A DNA stretch of 63,920 nt, filler included, from Folioceros fuciformis (taxonomy: Eukaryota): the NCBI GenBank assembly GCA_049999805.1. It is 8 parts of 8 records of this genome, joined end to end, with 100 filler letters (N's around TTAATTAATTAA, not from the genome) between each part and the next. Parts side by side here need not be neighbours in the genome. Positions count along the whole stretch, not along the records: positions 47,882 to 56,346 come from JBNGIO010001256.1; positions 56,447 to 61,666 come from JBNGIO010001261.1; 6 more parts are not named here. One strand, given 5' to 3'. The notes beneath the pieces are model-generated. The model was not told where the DNA came from and made no database searches. It worked only from the letters and a program-made list of their open reading frames with translations. The position numbers and the translations under genes are program-made. Position 1 is the first letter of the stretch; each line of letters opens with the position of its first letter. Positions 47,882 to 60,700 of the stretch are shown here, in pieces.

Positions 47882-48840
47882 CTGGACTTGCCACTGGACT
47901 TGCCACGATACAATGCTGGACTTGCCACGATGCAATGCTGGACTTGCCACGATGCACCAAGCACATGTAAGAAACAAGCTCAGACACAACAATGTTGGAC
48001 TTGCCACGATGCGCCAAGCACATGTAAGAAACAAGCTCAGATACAACACAGCCTAGGCGACGCATAGGATGCACACAGTTAGCAGACACAAGCAGAGGCA
48101 ATGGATGGCACACGCAACAGCAAAGGCAATGGATGGCACACGCAACAGCAGAGGCAATGGATGGCACACGCAACAGCAGAGGCAATGGATGGCACACGCA
48201 ACAGCAAAGGCAATGGATGGCACACGCAACAGCACCACTGGCTTAGATAGGCTCAACAGTACAAAGCAATATGGTGCACAGGGTGCTACATATATAGCCC
48301 TTAGGCTAGGCAACTATCGAAATATATAGCCCTTAGGCTAGGCAACTATCGAAGAGTCTAAGCCCTAAACTCGAGGGTGCGATATCCTAATATATCCTAA
48401 TATACTTAGAGTAAGTAGCAAAGGATTGAATTTCTAATAGCACGGAGTCTATTTTAGAAATGCACGGACGAGTGAGACGTTCTCGCTCGGGTGGCTGGCT
48501 TACTATGAGGGATAGAGGACGATGCGCTAAGCACAATCTCTTCTGCGAACCCCTGCAAGGACAAGTGAGTGAGAAGGTACCGCTCGACTGGCTCGCAAGT
48601 AGGGATGCGGGACTTGGGAGGGGACGATGTGCCAAGCACAAACTCTTCTGCAAACCGCTGCAAGGACAAGTGAGACGTGACCGCTCGGCCCGCTCGCACC
48701 AAGATACGGGACTTGGAAGTGGACGGTTCCGAGATGCGCAACGCGCAGAGTCTTCAGCGACTGCAAGGACAAGTGAACTGGTGCACGATCGCTCCCTCAC
48801 CTGCCCGCTGCCTTGAAGATGGTCTTGCACAACACGCATC
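47882..48840. repeat. Compound tandem-repeat block, probably a transposon terminal/UTR region
   Basis: TGGACTTGCCAC units with a 59-nt duplication (47882-48050); five 28-nt units AGGCAATGGATGGCACACGCAACAGCA(A/G) at 48096-48233; 32-nt duplication at 48290-48352; ~105-nt units with CTGCAAGGACAAGTGA at ~48553, 48658 and 48761. Confidence 0.85.
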
Positions 48841-49871
48841 TCCTGAGAGCCGCACGGTACGCCGTGCTATGAATTCTCAGGCGGGACGGAGCGAATGCGG
48901 GAAGCCAAGAAGCCTGCTGGAAATGGCGGATGAATCTGTGATACGTACTCTGTTTTCACAGAAATTCTGGAGAACTCAGATGCGTACATCCCTACAAGTA
49001 CCAATAAATATATATTTTTTGCACTTTAAAAAACTTAGCTTAGAGACAAACTAGAGAAGAGCACACTTCCCTAGATAGATCTGGAGTTTCTACGTCCATC
49101 AAACTTGGTACTGTACTACAGTACCTCTTTCTCCCACTCCACAGGCCCACCACCAATCCCAGATCATGCCCTGAAACACAACTACATACTTCGGTCTGAG
49201 GAGATTCCTCATCCTCAGGTCTCAGCAGAAAGATAACGTCACCAACAAACGCTCATTCTGAACCTGCAGCCCGGAAACGCACCCCCTCTTCCCTCCCTCC
49301 TATCTCCACTATTCCCCACGCTTACCTCTCAAGCTGTGACAAAACAAGGACACTACATACATAGATATGGGAGATGTCTCATCCTACAGGTCTCACAGCA
49401 CAGCAACAATATTCTCAACACAGTGACCCATGAAAACAGCCTGCCCCTCGATACAGCGCCCCATTCCCCTTCCCATCTCCTACTATCCTACTAGCTGTTC
49501 TATATTATGCCGCTCAGTTTCACGCTGGAGCCACAAAACAAAAAAGAAGCCGCCGCTCCTGCCGTCCCTCGATGTTCCTCCTATCCTGTCCCTGCCCAAA
49601 GTTGCACCACCCGAGGCTGTTGGAACCCACAACCCTTCTTCGCCCTCCTCTTCCTGTAAAGTTCGTCCTCCCTTGCTCACTTCTCCACCACTCTGCCTGG
49701 GAACCCTCTTTTTTCTCTCGTTCCGTCTTCAACGCAAAGCCAAAATGTGAGGCGATTAACCTTCCGCTCCGCGACCGCAGCAGATTACTCCAACTGACGG
49801 CCGACCCGGACGTGTTTTCAAAAAGTCGTTTCTTCAACAGACTGCAGAGAGCCCGGGTGAGCACGTAGTCC

Positions 49872-52115
49872 TCAAACCACGCCCGATGAGCCTCTAAGGG
49901 CCCTTTTGCCCCCACCATTCTCGCTGCTCCTGGCCCTCTGGCGCAAACCTCCGACGTCACGCTCAGTCTCCTGAGGCTTCCTGCGGAAATCCCGATCTGT
50001 GTCCGAGTACTTCCTCTTGCTATTCCCCGCACAAGGCTCCGAGTCCCGCTCTTGGGCAGCGAGCAGGAGAGCTTCAATTTCGATGGTGTCCACGTCCAGC
50101 ACGTCAGGGATATCATTTTCCGGCATGAGCTTGGATCGGAGGAGCTTCATCCGCGCATGCTGCTCCTGCAATTGCACCACCAGCTTGCTCTTCTCTTCTT
50201 CCAGCACGACCTTGGCCCCCTCCGCCTTGGCCAAACTCGCCTCCAACTGCGCCTCCTCAAGCTTCTGTTGCTCTATTCTGACGTTATGCTGCTGCCATTG
50301 CTCTTGCACCGCCTCCATGCCGTAGCCCTGGTCCACAACTGCCTTCTCCAGCTCCCAGATGTGAGAAGCGTGGCTCTTGTTCATCTCTTCGTACGACGCA
50401 TTCACCTCCTCCAGCTTGCGCCTCTTGACGTGCATCTGAGCCAGCTTGACCAGTCTGGCCATTTGCGTGGACCTCATGTCTCTCATGGCCTCTCCCAGTA
50501 GGTTCTCCCGCTCTGAAATGAGCTTCCAGCGTGCGCCGCTGCATTCCATAATCTGCCTGATGAGTCCTCGTTTCTCCTGCTCAGCGACTGCTTCCTTTGC
50601 CCCTACCTCGATGAAGCGCCTCAGGAGACCGTTCTTTTCCTCATTGGCCTTTGCCAATTTCTCCACCTCAGCCTGCAATAGAGCGTTAAAACCTTCAGCC
50701 TCGACTTCTGCCTTGGCCTCAGCCTCAGCCTCAGCCTCCGCCCTGGCCGCAGCCTCTGCATTGGCCAGCGCATCGGCCTTAGCTTTCGCTTCAGCCTCCG
50801 CCCTGGCCGCAGCCTCTGCATTGGCCAGCGCATCGGCCTTAGCTTTCGCGTCAGCCTCCTCCTGCCCTTTTCCCGCTTTCCCCACCTGCCTCTCGCCGGC
50901 GTCCCCTTCCAACTGCTTGCATCGCTCCTCGTTCTTCCCGCACAGGGCATCCACCTCCGCAAACTCCTTCGCCAGCACCTGGGCAGCAGCCTTGGCTACA
51001 CTCCTGGTGATGAGAGGCTTCTCCACCACGGTTGTCTTGACCTCCCGAGACCTCAACTGTCTTCCTTCTACTACCACTCCCACCTGCACGGGAGCGGAAG
51101 CCGGCCCACAATCCAATTCCACCACGACATCCGTTAGGTCACGTCGATTGAGCTCGAACTGGTCTTCAACACAGACATCCTCCCATACAGCCCCGCCTTC
51201 CTCACTTCCAGCAACTACCAGTTCCCCTCCCGTTCCTTCCGCCTCGCCCGACAACAGCATTGCGTCCCCAGTGAGAGCAGCATCCTCGACCACTTCACCG
51301 CCAATTCCCAATCCGCCCACCAGCGCATTCCCCTCCCCGGAAGCACTCCCAGCAACACCAACCGCCACTCCCAATCGCGTCTCTCCCACAACACCGACTT
51401 CGCTCGTCAACACCAACTCCTCCTTGCACTTCTCCAAGCCTTCCGCGAGCTCCAGCTCTCCACCCACGGTACCCGCCTCGCCGAGCCCAGCCATACCATG
51501 CGCGGGAACGCCTCCCTCGGACAGCTGGAGCTGCTCCACCTCCGACAGCACCCGCGCGGCTTCCGCGCGGGCCTCCTCTTCCTCCGTTTTCACGTTCACC
51601 ATCTTGAAAATTTCCAACTCGAATTTGCGCTTCCTCACACCGTCCTTCATACCGGCCAAGGCTTCCATCATGCGAACAGCAACTTCGTCTGCCCAATTCA
51701 CTGCCATCCCGGAATACTCGACCAAGGTAGCACTCACAACATACCAGGGCATATAGCAGTCTCGTTTTGTCCCTCTGAGCATAGAGTTCCGTCTGCACAG
51801 CAAAGACCGGAACTCGCCGTCCGGAATGCTCGCTTCTGAGCATCGAGCCCCACATCCCGGCGGCAGCCCCAGGGCCTTCACCAGTCCCTCCTTTCTGTAA
51901 ACCGAGCTAGCGTCAGAGAAAGGGATCCCAAAAGCCGGACAGTCAGGGATAAATTTCGCCACATCCTTCCCGTTCAGCGTAATCGTAAGCCCGTGTTTGA
52001 GCACCAAAGTCCTCGACTTCACATCCACAGAAACGATGTCGTCCCTCGTCAACGACACCAACCGCCCCTGCCCCGGCCCGCGGCCCAGCCAAGTCGAAAT
52101 TCCCGGGGAACCCAT
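49872..52115 (-). CDS. Uncharacterised 747-aa single-exon protein: transposon-associated-like N-terminal domain, acidic Gly/Val/Glu linker, Ala/Glu repeats, long coiled coil
   Basis: Uninterrupted 2244-nt ORF. N-terminal ITLNGKDVAKFIPDCPAFG...YSGMAVNWADEV resembles plant retrotransposon extra-ORF domains. 20-aa repeat AKAKADALANAEAAARAEAE x2. Glu/Gln/Lys-rich coiled-coil-like C-terminal third. Confidence 0.6.
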   Translation of the reverse strand: MGSPGISTWLGRGPGQGRLVSLTRDDIVSVDVKSRTLVLKHGLTITLNGKDVAKFIPDCPAFGIPFSDASSVYRKEGLVKALGLPPGCGARCSEASIPDGEFRSLLCRRNSMLRGTKRDCYMPWYVVSATLVEYSGMAVNWADEVAVRMMEALAGMKDGVRKRKFELEIFKMVNVKTEEEEARAEAARVLSEVEQLQLSEGGVPAHGMAGLGEAGTVGGELELAEGLEKCKEELVLTSEVGVVGETRLGVAVGVAGSASGEGNALVGGLGIGGEVVEDAALTGDAMLLSGEAEGTGGELVVAGSEEGGAVWEDVCVEDQFELNRRDLTDVVVELDCGPASAPVQVGVVVEGRQLRSREVKTTVVEKPLITRSVAKAAAQVLAKEFAEVDALCGKNEERCKQLEGDAGERQVGKAGKGQEEADAKAKADALANAEAAARAEAEAKAKADALANAEAAARAEAEAEAEAKAEVEAEGFNALLQAEVEKLAKANEEKNGLLRRFIEVGAKEAVAEQEKRGLIRQIMECSGARWKLISERENLLGEAMRDMRSTQMARLVKLAQMHVKRRKLEEVNASYEEMNKSHASHIWELEKAVVDQGYGMEAVQEQWQQHNVRIEQQKLEEAQLEASLAKAEGAKVVLEEEKSKLVVQLQEQHARMKLLRSKLMPENDIPDVLDVDTIEIEALLLAAQERDSEPCAGNSKRKYSDTDRDFRRKPQETERDVGGLRQRARSSENGGGKRALRGSSGVV

Positions 52116-52771
52116 TCGAACAGAAGCTTCTCCCTCCCGCCCTGCACCTTCCTTTCCCTCTCCCCCCTACCGATACCCTACCGTCACCTGGCGTACCCTC
52201 TCCTCCCTTCTCCTCACTCAACCAAGCCTCACACAGCACCGCATACAAACTCCATTCCTCAGCACCCAGCTCGCAACGCACAAGGATGGCCGAAGTGCCA
52301 GCAACAGCAGGGGGACAGCAACAGCGCCTGGAAGCGTCTCCGGGCGCGTCTCGAACACCTCGCTCCGTCGGCGTGCCTCACTGTCTCTCGGAAAACCGAG
52401 GGAAGGAGCAGTTTAATACGCATGTTCGACTCCGGCCGCCCACCGTCACCGCATTAGGGCAAACAGCTGGCTTAGCACGCCGTCGTCGCGATCGACACGG
52501 TTCCGAAACGGTTTCGAAGCGGAATCGCGGGAGGGCCGTTACCAACGTTAAAATTTTCATGAGCGGGCGGCTGCTGGCTGAGGCTGCTGAAGCATTTCAT
52601 GGGTTCAGCCTTTTTCTTCCCTTCCTTTCCTGAACACTGCACATCCTTGCCTGTTTCGTCAGCACATCTCCTTCTGCCTCCGCCTTGGCCCACGGTGGCG
52701 AGGCAACACAGGTGCATGTTATGCGGACCCAATCCTCCTCCCTGAGCAGTGAAGCAGACGTTGGAGTTACC

Positions 52772-54931
52772 TCATCGTTGCGTTGATTCAGTTGTTGGAG
52801 GTGCTTCAGCCCTGATGGAAGAGGTCCTCCTGGAGTCCGCACGACTCATTTGCAATCCAGAAAGCTCCACCGCCACTTCCGTGAGAGGAGGCAAGTTGGT
52901 AAGGTCTATGGAGGAGTTGTGTCGCCGCCTGCCGAGCTTGGAAAGCACCTGAGCTACCGTGCGCATCCTGGGTCGTGCTTTAGGAAGCCCCTGCACGCAC
53001 TTGTAGGCTACTGAGGCCATTGTGCCCAAGGCGTCCATGTTGCATTTTCCGTTCAATCTTGGATCCAGCAGTTCTGCCCACCCGTTCTTCCCCTCCACAC
53101 TCAAGGCTGCCTGCACAACCGGGCGCATCTTCAATGCCTACTAGCGAACGGCTTGTCAAGCACACCGTACGCGTGTGAGAAGGAGGGAGATGGTTCCCTT
53201 ACCAGATGCACATATTCCATTAAGCCTTGTTGCGGGCTCCTGGCTGTTATGAGTTCGAATAGCAGAACACCAAAGCTGTACACATCGCTTTTCTCGGTGA
53301 ACCTGTTCGTTAAGATGTATTCGGGGTCGACATAGCCATACGTCCCTTTAACACCGGAGATGATCTGTTCTGTCGTAGTCGTCGAGTTCTCCTTGGACAG
53401 GCCGAAATCTGCCACCTGAATCCACAACGTGCCCTGTCAACTACACTGGAAGCATGCTCCACCTGTTCCAAAGCAACGGCATTTGAAGCAACAGCACTAA
53501 GGCGCGTACTCTGGCAGTCATAGAACCATCCAGCAAGATGTTCGCTGACTTGATGTCGCGATGAACAACAGAGGGTATGGCCTGCCAAAACCAGCCAAAG
53601 CGTTGCTCCAAGTTGTAGCAAACCCAATCGGAGGATCTACCAGTCAAAGACTCTGGGCAAAGAGCCATCTGTCCAGAAAGCACCAGCTATGTACCCCATC
53701 GTGAAGATACTCAATGCCCCTTGAGATATCTTGAGCTATGTGCACTCTTTGCTCCCAACCCAGGGGCTCAATTGCAGTATCTGCAAAGGAAGGAAGCACA
53801 CAGCGCATAAGATCTACGACACACACACCATCACTAGCATCAAAGACTCCATACTGGAAGATCACGGAGGCAACTCCAAGCCGAGAAGAGGTAAGCCTTC
53901 TACGATTACTCACTGTACAGGAAATCGGCAAGACTTCCATTGCTCATGTATTCGTAGACTAACATCCGTTCACCTCTATCCGCACAATATCCCACCAGAT
54001 TGACAAGATTCCTGTGATGCAGTCTTCCCAGAAGCTTGACCTGCGATGATGACAGGAAACATGGGCATGCAGCCCTAAAACCTTCTGCCCCATGCCTAGG
54101 AGCACGTTTAGCACTACCCCATGAACAAATCCATCAGAGACTGGTCACCTCAGTGTCAAATTCCCTCTCGCCTTGTCTAGACTCCGCGGACAGTATTTTC
54201 ACAGCCCAAATTTCTCCCGAATGCTGAATAGCTTTGTACACAGGACCGAAGGATCCTTCCCCTATCAAGGCTGTGAAGTTGTTGGTTGCCTTCTGCAATT
54301 CTCTGCCACAGCAAAGGCAGAATGAGAAAAACAACGGAGTTGATGTGAGAAGAAGACAAACCCGATACCCGGCATACAAAAGCAACCTAACTTACTTGTA
54401 GCCAAATTTCGTAACACCCAAGTGTTCAGGTACATGAGCTTCCCTTCGACGTCCCAACCATTGAGCAAACCAACCGTGCCTTTTGCGCGGAACTGGAACC
54501 TCTGAACTGTCTATATGTGACATGACATTACTAGAATCCACACCATTTACTCTCATAGGTAAAGTCGAAACTCCATTATCAGTATTACCTAGGCTCCTGC
54601 TCCCCGTTAAACCTCTGCTGCCACCCACAACCGGAGCCCGCTTCCTGTACCTAACCAAAATGAATGCACAGCTTGCGACTACCAAGCTGAGAACTACGCC
54701 AATTGTTATACCTATAATCACGCCCGCTGTCAATCGACTGCTGGACTTCATTGGAGGAGGGGGAGCAAGGAGTCCCGGAAGTCCTGGAACATCTGAAAAC
54801 CCCGGGACCAAAGGAGGAGGAGAGGGGCCGCCGCCCAACGTCGGTGCGGGAGCCTGAGGCAGAGCCGAAGCAATAGGCCCCCCAACAGAACCTGATGCAT
54901 TGAATCTCACTACAGGTGGAGAGTTTGCCAT
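52772..54931 (-). CDS. CRLK1: Calcium/calmodulin-regulated receptor-like kinase (CRLK1/2-like), 7 coding exons
   Basis: [118 protein letters not shown]. Confidence 0.92.
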
Positions 54932-56190
54932 TGTTCCCCTTCGTCAGCTCACCAACCTAGAAAGAGATCGATTAGCAAACCAGCAGGTAATTTCTCAACA
55001 CTGGTACAACAAACGATATCACCCTTGCTCACACAACTACTCACTTCCGACTCGCAGCTGAGCCTCCAACAGCTGACCCATCCGTCACATTTTCCTGATA
55101 TCCAGAGCCTTCACACCACGCATCCAACAGACCACGTCGATGATTAAAAAATCAAACTTCGCATCACAGCCATCCATCAGCAACATCACCATGACGACAC
55201 CTTCCAATCAACCAGCATGGACAGCCACGTCCTCACCAAACAACGCATGCAGGCCGATTCGCGCTGCTATCTCATCCCGCATAAGACCGCACGAACTCCC
55301 ACACCTGCATAACTCCCGGCAGCGGAGACACTTGCACCTCTCCAGCCTCACGGCGTTCAAGAATGAGGCAGCTACCAGAGATCCTAGAAAAAGTACACAC
55401 CCAGGCCACCCGACCTCCGAAACTCAGATCTCCAGCTCACACGAGCGTTCAACCTCTGCAGTTGCCTCCAGCAGCCATGTGACCAGACCGTTCCAACCCA
55501 CAACCGCCCTCTCTACTACTCAACCGCCAACGCAAGACCCACCACCCTGAGTCCCGCTCTCCTCCCAACCCACCAGCGTACGTCGCCAACACCTTCCAGC
55601 CCAACCCAGCCCAGCTTCTCAAACTCTCCCCACAGGTTCCCTCTCATCCCACACACAGCCCTCGGCCAGCGGTCTGCTTCCCAGCAAGCATGACTCAGGA
55701 AGTTAAGCCTCCAAGACGTCCTGCAGGCTCAATCGCCGAAAAGCAAGACCTGCTGCCTTTCTACCTACAGCCGCGGCTGGAGGGTTGACGGCGTGCACTT
55801 GCCGTCCGATCTACTTTGTCCCCAAGCCTCCGGAAGGGCAACGGAAGCCCGCGTCCGTGCCCCCGGTCTGAGTTCACGATTTTGCTCTGCAGTCGACCCC
55901 CGTTTCGCCAAAATACTCCGTTACGCCCGGGGCCCAGTGCAGTCCGGCACTGGCGCCGTATGACTATCCAACATACAGGGCGTCCTCCCATCGTCTACGT
56001 CACCTTAGCCTCAAGTCCATCTATCGGATCTTCCTCATGCACTTGCTTCATCTAAGCGTTCTTTACATTCATTCAGTGCAAACCATTGATTTCAAGCCTC
56101 AAGTAAATGCTACCAGATAGCGCTCCTACAGGTGCACAGTGGGCACAAGTCGACAGGTGCAGTCCCCTATCTGCAGTTGCAGATTCAATC

Positions 56191-56298
56191 CTGGAGATTC
56201 ACTAGACGAGGAGACAGTAGCCAGCAGGAGTGGAAGAGACAAGTTGGAGATTCACTAGACAAGGAGACAGTAGCCAGCAGGAGTGGAAGAGACAAGTT
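56191..56298. repeat. ~53-nt direct tandem duplication
   Basis: TGGAGATTCACTAGAC(G/A)AGGAGACAGTAGCCAGCAGGAGTGGAAGAGACAAGT twice. Confidence 0.85.
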
Positions 56299-56346
56299 GT
56301 GGCAGTAGAAGTTAAAAAGACGAGTCTACACAACAGGTAGAGTCGC

Positions 56347-56446
56347 NNNNNNNNNNNNNNNNNNNNNNNNNNNNNNNNNNNNNNNNNNNNTTAATTAATT
56401 AANNNNNNNNNNNNNNNNNNNNNNNNNNNNNNNNNNNNNNNNNNNN
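56347..56446. other. Artificial contig spacer
   Basis: N44-TTAATTAATTAA-N44. Confidence 0.97.
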
Positions 56447-57719
56447 GGGAAGTGTAGAAGGTAGTGGTGTCATTGTTAGTTGCTGGTGTTGGTGCTCGAG
56501 TGAGAGAGTGAGTGAAGTGAGTGAGGGAAGTCGCAGATCTAAGAGGTTAGGGTCGTTGTAGTGACTAGAGTGAGTTTGTGGGCACCGAAAGAGGTGCAGC
56601 TGACCGCTGGACAGCGAGGCCTGTCCTACGCCTGATCAGAGCTGGCGGGGAGCCCTCGAATCCATCATCGAGTCGATCAAGTCCGACCCTCTATCCACAG
56701 CAGCAAGGAACCCCATCGCTCCTTCGTGGGAACGAAACCCAATGTCTCGACGACAGTGGGATAAGTGTGGCCACTAAAGGTGGAACCCGTTGGCAATCAG
56801 TGCCTGGGGTTTTGCCTCCACAACGCTTCTCTTTAAGGTTTTCAATTTCCCCACTGTGGCAGGTGGCTTTAGGGTTGGGGCCTTCCCCAATAGGTTTAAG
56901 GTTTCACGGCGGCCATGCTTTCATGGCTGCTCCCGTTTCATTTCATGGGTTTTGGGTTTAGGGTTCCTTGCCACACTTCATGGCTTCTTCTTCCATGCCT
57001 TAGCCCCGCGTAGGCTAATTTGTGAGCTGGTCAAGCCACAAGCCCTAAGCCCTAAAACCCGATGAGCACCCTAAACCCGAAATGCTGTGCCACAAACTTA
57101 ACACACTATGTCTGGGGACGATTCTTTAAAGACTGTGTTTCTTTCGGTCTACAAAGATATAAATTTTTTTATAAAAACTTTGCTATACGGTGTATACGTA
57201 GGGTAGGATATGTGGCAAGTAGGCTATAGGAATATTCCATAGATTCTACAGAATATTCGCATATAAATATGTATTAAAAAAAAGTCTTTGGTCCCTATCG
57301 CATCGGTATTCCATAGTTGAAGCCCAAACCACACACGGCCCGAAACTTTCAAATTGGTCTGACACAATGTCATTTTTTAAGACCGCATGCAAACGCCGAA
57401 TGAATTCCATCCAGGTGGGTGTGCATGCAAACCCACCCGAAGCCCTAATTCGATCCACAAACAAAAATTAGATCCGTTTGCACTCGAAACGAAACGGGTG
57501 AAATACATACATATTTTGGGTACCGCCGTTTGAATGCCCAACTAATGTTTGAGCCCCTATTGAGGCAAGTCATTTCATTTCAATTCTTCGGACAGGTGTC
57601 GTGTTTTCCGTTCCATTCCATTCCATTCCATTCCGTAGCCTCGCGTTTGACTGCTGAACTAATGTGTGAGCCCCTATTTACTTTGAGAGGTGTGGTGCTT
57701 TACTTTCTATTCCGTAGCC

Positions 57720-60700
57720 ATGGCGTCGCGCCGGGCGGCGGGCCTGGCTGTGCGATCTGCAGCAGCCTTGATCTCGCGGAAGGCTGGCTGCCAAGCTGCG
57801 TCCAGCACTGCGTTACAGTATCGAGGAATTGCTGCTGCCGCTTGCAGATCAGCTCTCCGCGGCACTCAAGGTGGCTTCATCAGGTCAGTTTTGTTGTCGC
57901 TGCCTGGGCAATGCAGGTCTTATGTTCGCTTGTTCCGGGCCCTCTGCGATGCGTCTGATTTTTCGACAAGGGATCGCTTTGTCGTCAGACATGGGATAGG
58001 TCTGAATGCAAGTGTTTCCCCAGCTGCCTATGACGTAGCCCCTCGGCTGTGCAGGCCCAATTCGCAGCACGATTCACTGTCATTTCGCAAGCTATGTCCC
58101 TCCAGGTCATTCGCTTCAGGAGACGGTAAAGCCATCCATCCATATCCTGCGCTGCTCTCCGGTGGCCATCTGCTCCGGCGCTCTGACCTAGGGTTTTGCA
58201 TGATTTGGGAGGTTGTGCGCTGGCTAACGAGGTTTGGTTTGCTGTCCCCAGTGCCTCCGCATCAGGAAATCGGGATGCCATCTCTTTCGCCTACTATGAC
58301 CCAGGTGTGTTTCCTGCATCACTCTTTGTGTTTGTCGTGTGACCTCCCTAACTTTGCTGTCACGGGAATTCAGCTGAGGCTTCAACCTTGCTGATTTTGT
58401 TGCGGTGGAAATATGCGTCAGGGGAACATTGCAAAGTGGCGGAAGAAAGAAGGCGATAAAGTCGTAGCGGGTGATGTTCTCTGTGAGATTGAAACGGTAA
58501 TTCTTAACGTATTATATCCTGGCATGAAGATGCAGGTATCCAATGTCTGCACTCGTGACACAATCTCAAGAGCTCATGGCTGTCTTCCTTTTTAGGATAA
58601 GGCAACCCTGGAGATGGAGGCAATGGAGGAAGGTTATCTCGCTAAGATCCTTGTGGGAGATGGTGCCAAGGACGTCAAAGTTGGACAGGTTGCTGGTGCT
58701 GTTTGCTGTTGCTGAAGGTTACATTGCCAGGTGTTTCGCTTGTTATTCTCAGCATTGAAGGTGCAATGCAAATAGCTCAGCTCATTCATGGTACATAATC
58801 CTTTGCACTTTTTATTTGCAGCCTATTTGCATAGTGGTGGAGGACGAAGGTGATGTAAGCAAGTTCAGCAACTACCAAGGGGGAAGTGGTGGTGATGCTG
58901 GCAGCAGAAGTGGAGGTTCTGCACCTCCTAAGAGTGATTCGCCCAAACCTCAGTCAAGGCCAGAATCACGTCCACCACCTGCATCTCCGCCTCCTCCCAG
59001 CAGATCAGAGGCCCCAAGGTCCCCCCCATCTACACCATCAGGTGGCAGAGTATTTGCAAGTCCTGCTGCACGGAAGCTGGCTGAAGACAAGAGCGTAAGC
59101 CTCTATCGCATGCACTGTAGTTGAGTTTAGGGTTCACAGTACGATGCAGAAGCTTAGTTTGAGAATTTGGTGCCTTTTTGTTTTCCTTTCTGCAAGGTAT
59201 TCATTGTTACCGTAGTATTTAGTTTAACATTTGGCACATTCAATGAGGCCTAAACCCTTGTGAAATTGGCTGTCCTCAGGTGTCTCTGGCAAGTATAAGA
59301 GGTACTGGTCCTGCTGGAAGCATTGTAAGGGCAGATGTTGAGGATCTTTTAGGTATGACTTCTGGTCCACGTAATGCAGCGCAAGAGGCTAGGCTTATTT
59401 GTCCTGTTGCCTTTGGTTTATGTATGCTTAGAATTTGTTGTATGCAGCTTCAGGGCCTTCTCATTCCCGTGGAATACCTTCCCACAGTGCAGCCCCTGCA
59501 TCAGCCGGGGACTTGGACTTTACAGACCTTCCAAATACCCAGATCAGAAGGGTGCAATCTCCTGCTCCTTTTTGTGGCTCTGCACTAGCCCAAATTTCAC
59601 TCTGGAGATGAAATGGTTGTGCTGAAACCACTGTGTAAATCACTTTTGCTTATGCTGCAGGTCGTTGCTCAACGCCTTTTGCTTTCGAAACAGACCATTC
59701 CACATTATTATTTGTCAGTGGATACTCGTGTTGATCGGCTGAATGCGTAAGAGCTGTTGTAGCAGTTTTGTTTTGTTTTGTCGGGTTTAAGCTGATTGGA
59801 TCTAATTTGTTCAAGATGAAAAGTGTGACTGCGTGCGTCAGTAGCAGTGGAACAAGTCACATATTGGGATTGCTTTCTATCAGGGTGCGCAACAAATTGA
59901 ATGCTGCACTGGAAGCTACTAAGGGAAAGAAGCTTTCAATCAATGATTTTGTGATAAAGGTGCTGCAGTGCTGTACTCTTAGTGGCCTTGTTTTGTTTCA
60001 TTCTTGGGACCTATTCAGTATTTCTTTCTGGCAATGTTTTTTCATGTCTGAATTCATTCAATTGATGGGTTTTCAGGCAGCAGCATTGGCACTGCGAAAG
60101 GTTCCAGAGTGTAACAGCTCTTGGACAGATGAATACATCCGTCAGTAAGAATTCTATAATTTGAACCCTATTCCATATTACTCCGATCCGCTTCTTGGGG
60201 TGCTTTCAAATCGAATCCTTCATGTGGTGTGGTGGACTCATACTGCCCGTTGTTGTTGTTTCCTTAGGTATCGAAATGTCAACATCAGTGTTGCTGTACA
60301 GACCGACTTTGGCCTCATGGTTCCTGTGATCAAGGTATGCTTCATCTGGTGTGTGGTTGAATATGCTCACCTTGTTGTTTACCATTGCCATTACTTGTGT
60401 TGCAGTTTTATCATTTCTAACGAAGCACGGTTGTTGTCCCAGGATGCCGATAAAAGAGGCTTACTTTCAATTTCGGAGGACGTTAAGGCTTTGGCTGAAA
60501 AGGCTAAGAAGAACGGACTCAAACCAGCTGACTATGAGGTTAGTGTCGTTGTAGTCCAGTTCCTTGGAGTTTACTGAATTGATACTTGTTGTTGGTAGAA
60601 CACTTTTTATGCTTACGTGTCCTACATATTTCGTACCAGGGCGGCACGTTCACCGTATCAAACTTGGGGGGGCCATTCGGCATCAAGCATTTCTGTGCCA

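Noticed and set aside
48096-48233. 28-nt repeats as a CRISPR array
   Set aside because: Units are head-to-tail with no spacers, there are no cas genes, and the context is eukaryotic.
50446-51756. 436-aa plus-strand Ser/Ala-rich ORF, and similar antisense ORFs over the bHLH and BMI1 exons
   Set aside because: Shadow ORFs from GC-rich, biased codons on the coding strand.
56600-56680. Hammerhead-like CTGATCAGAG...CTCGAAT (also CTCATGAG...CGAAG at ~43579)
   Set aside because: Core nucleotides deviate from CUGANGA/GAAA and stems I and III cannot be formed.
57040-57085. CCCTAAACCC as a telomerase RNA template
   Set aside because: No USE/TATA Pol III promoter upstream; telo-box motifs are common throughout the window.
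57246-57464. ORF FVDRIRASGGFACTPTWMEF resembling a P-element/THAP9 C-terminal motif
   Set aside because: Short isolated resemblance with no other transposase motifs; more likely non-coding promoter or MITE-like DNA.
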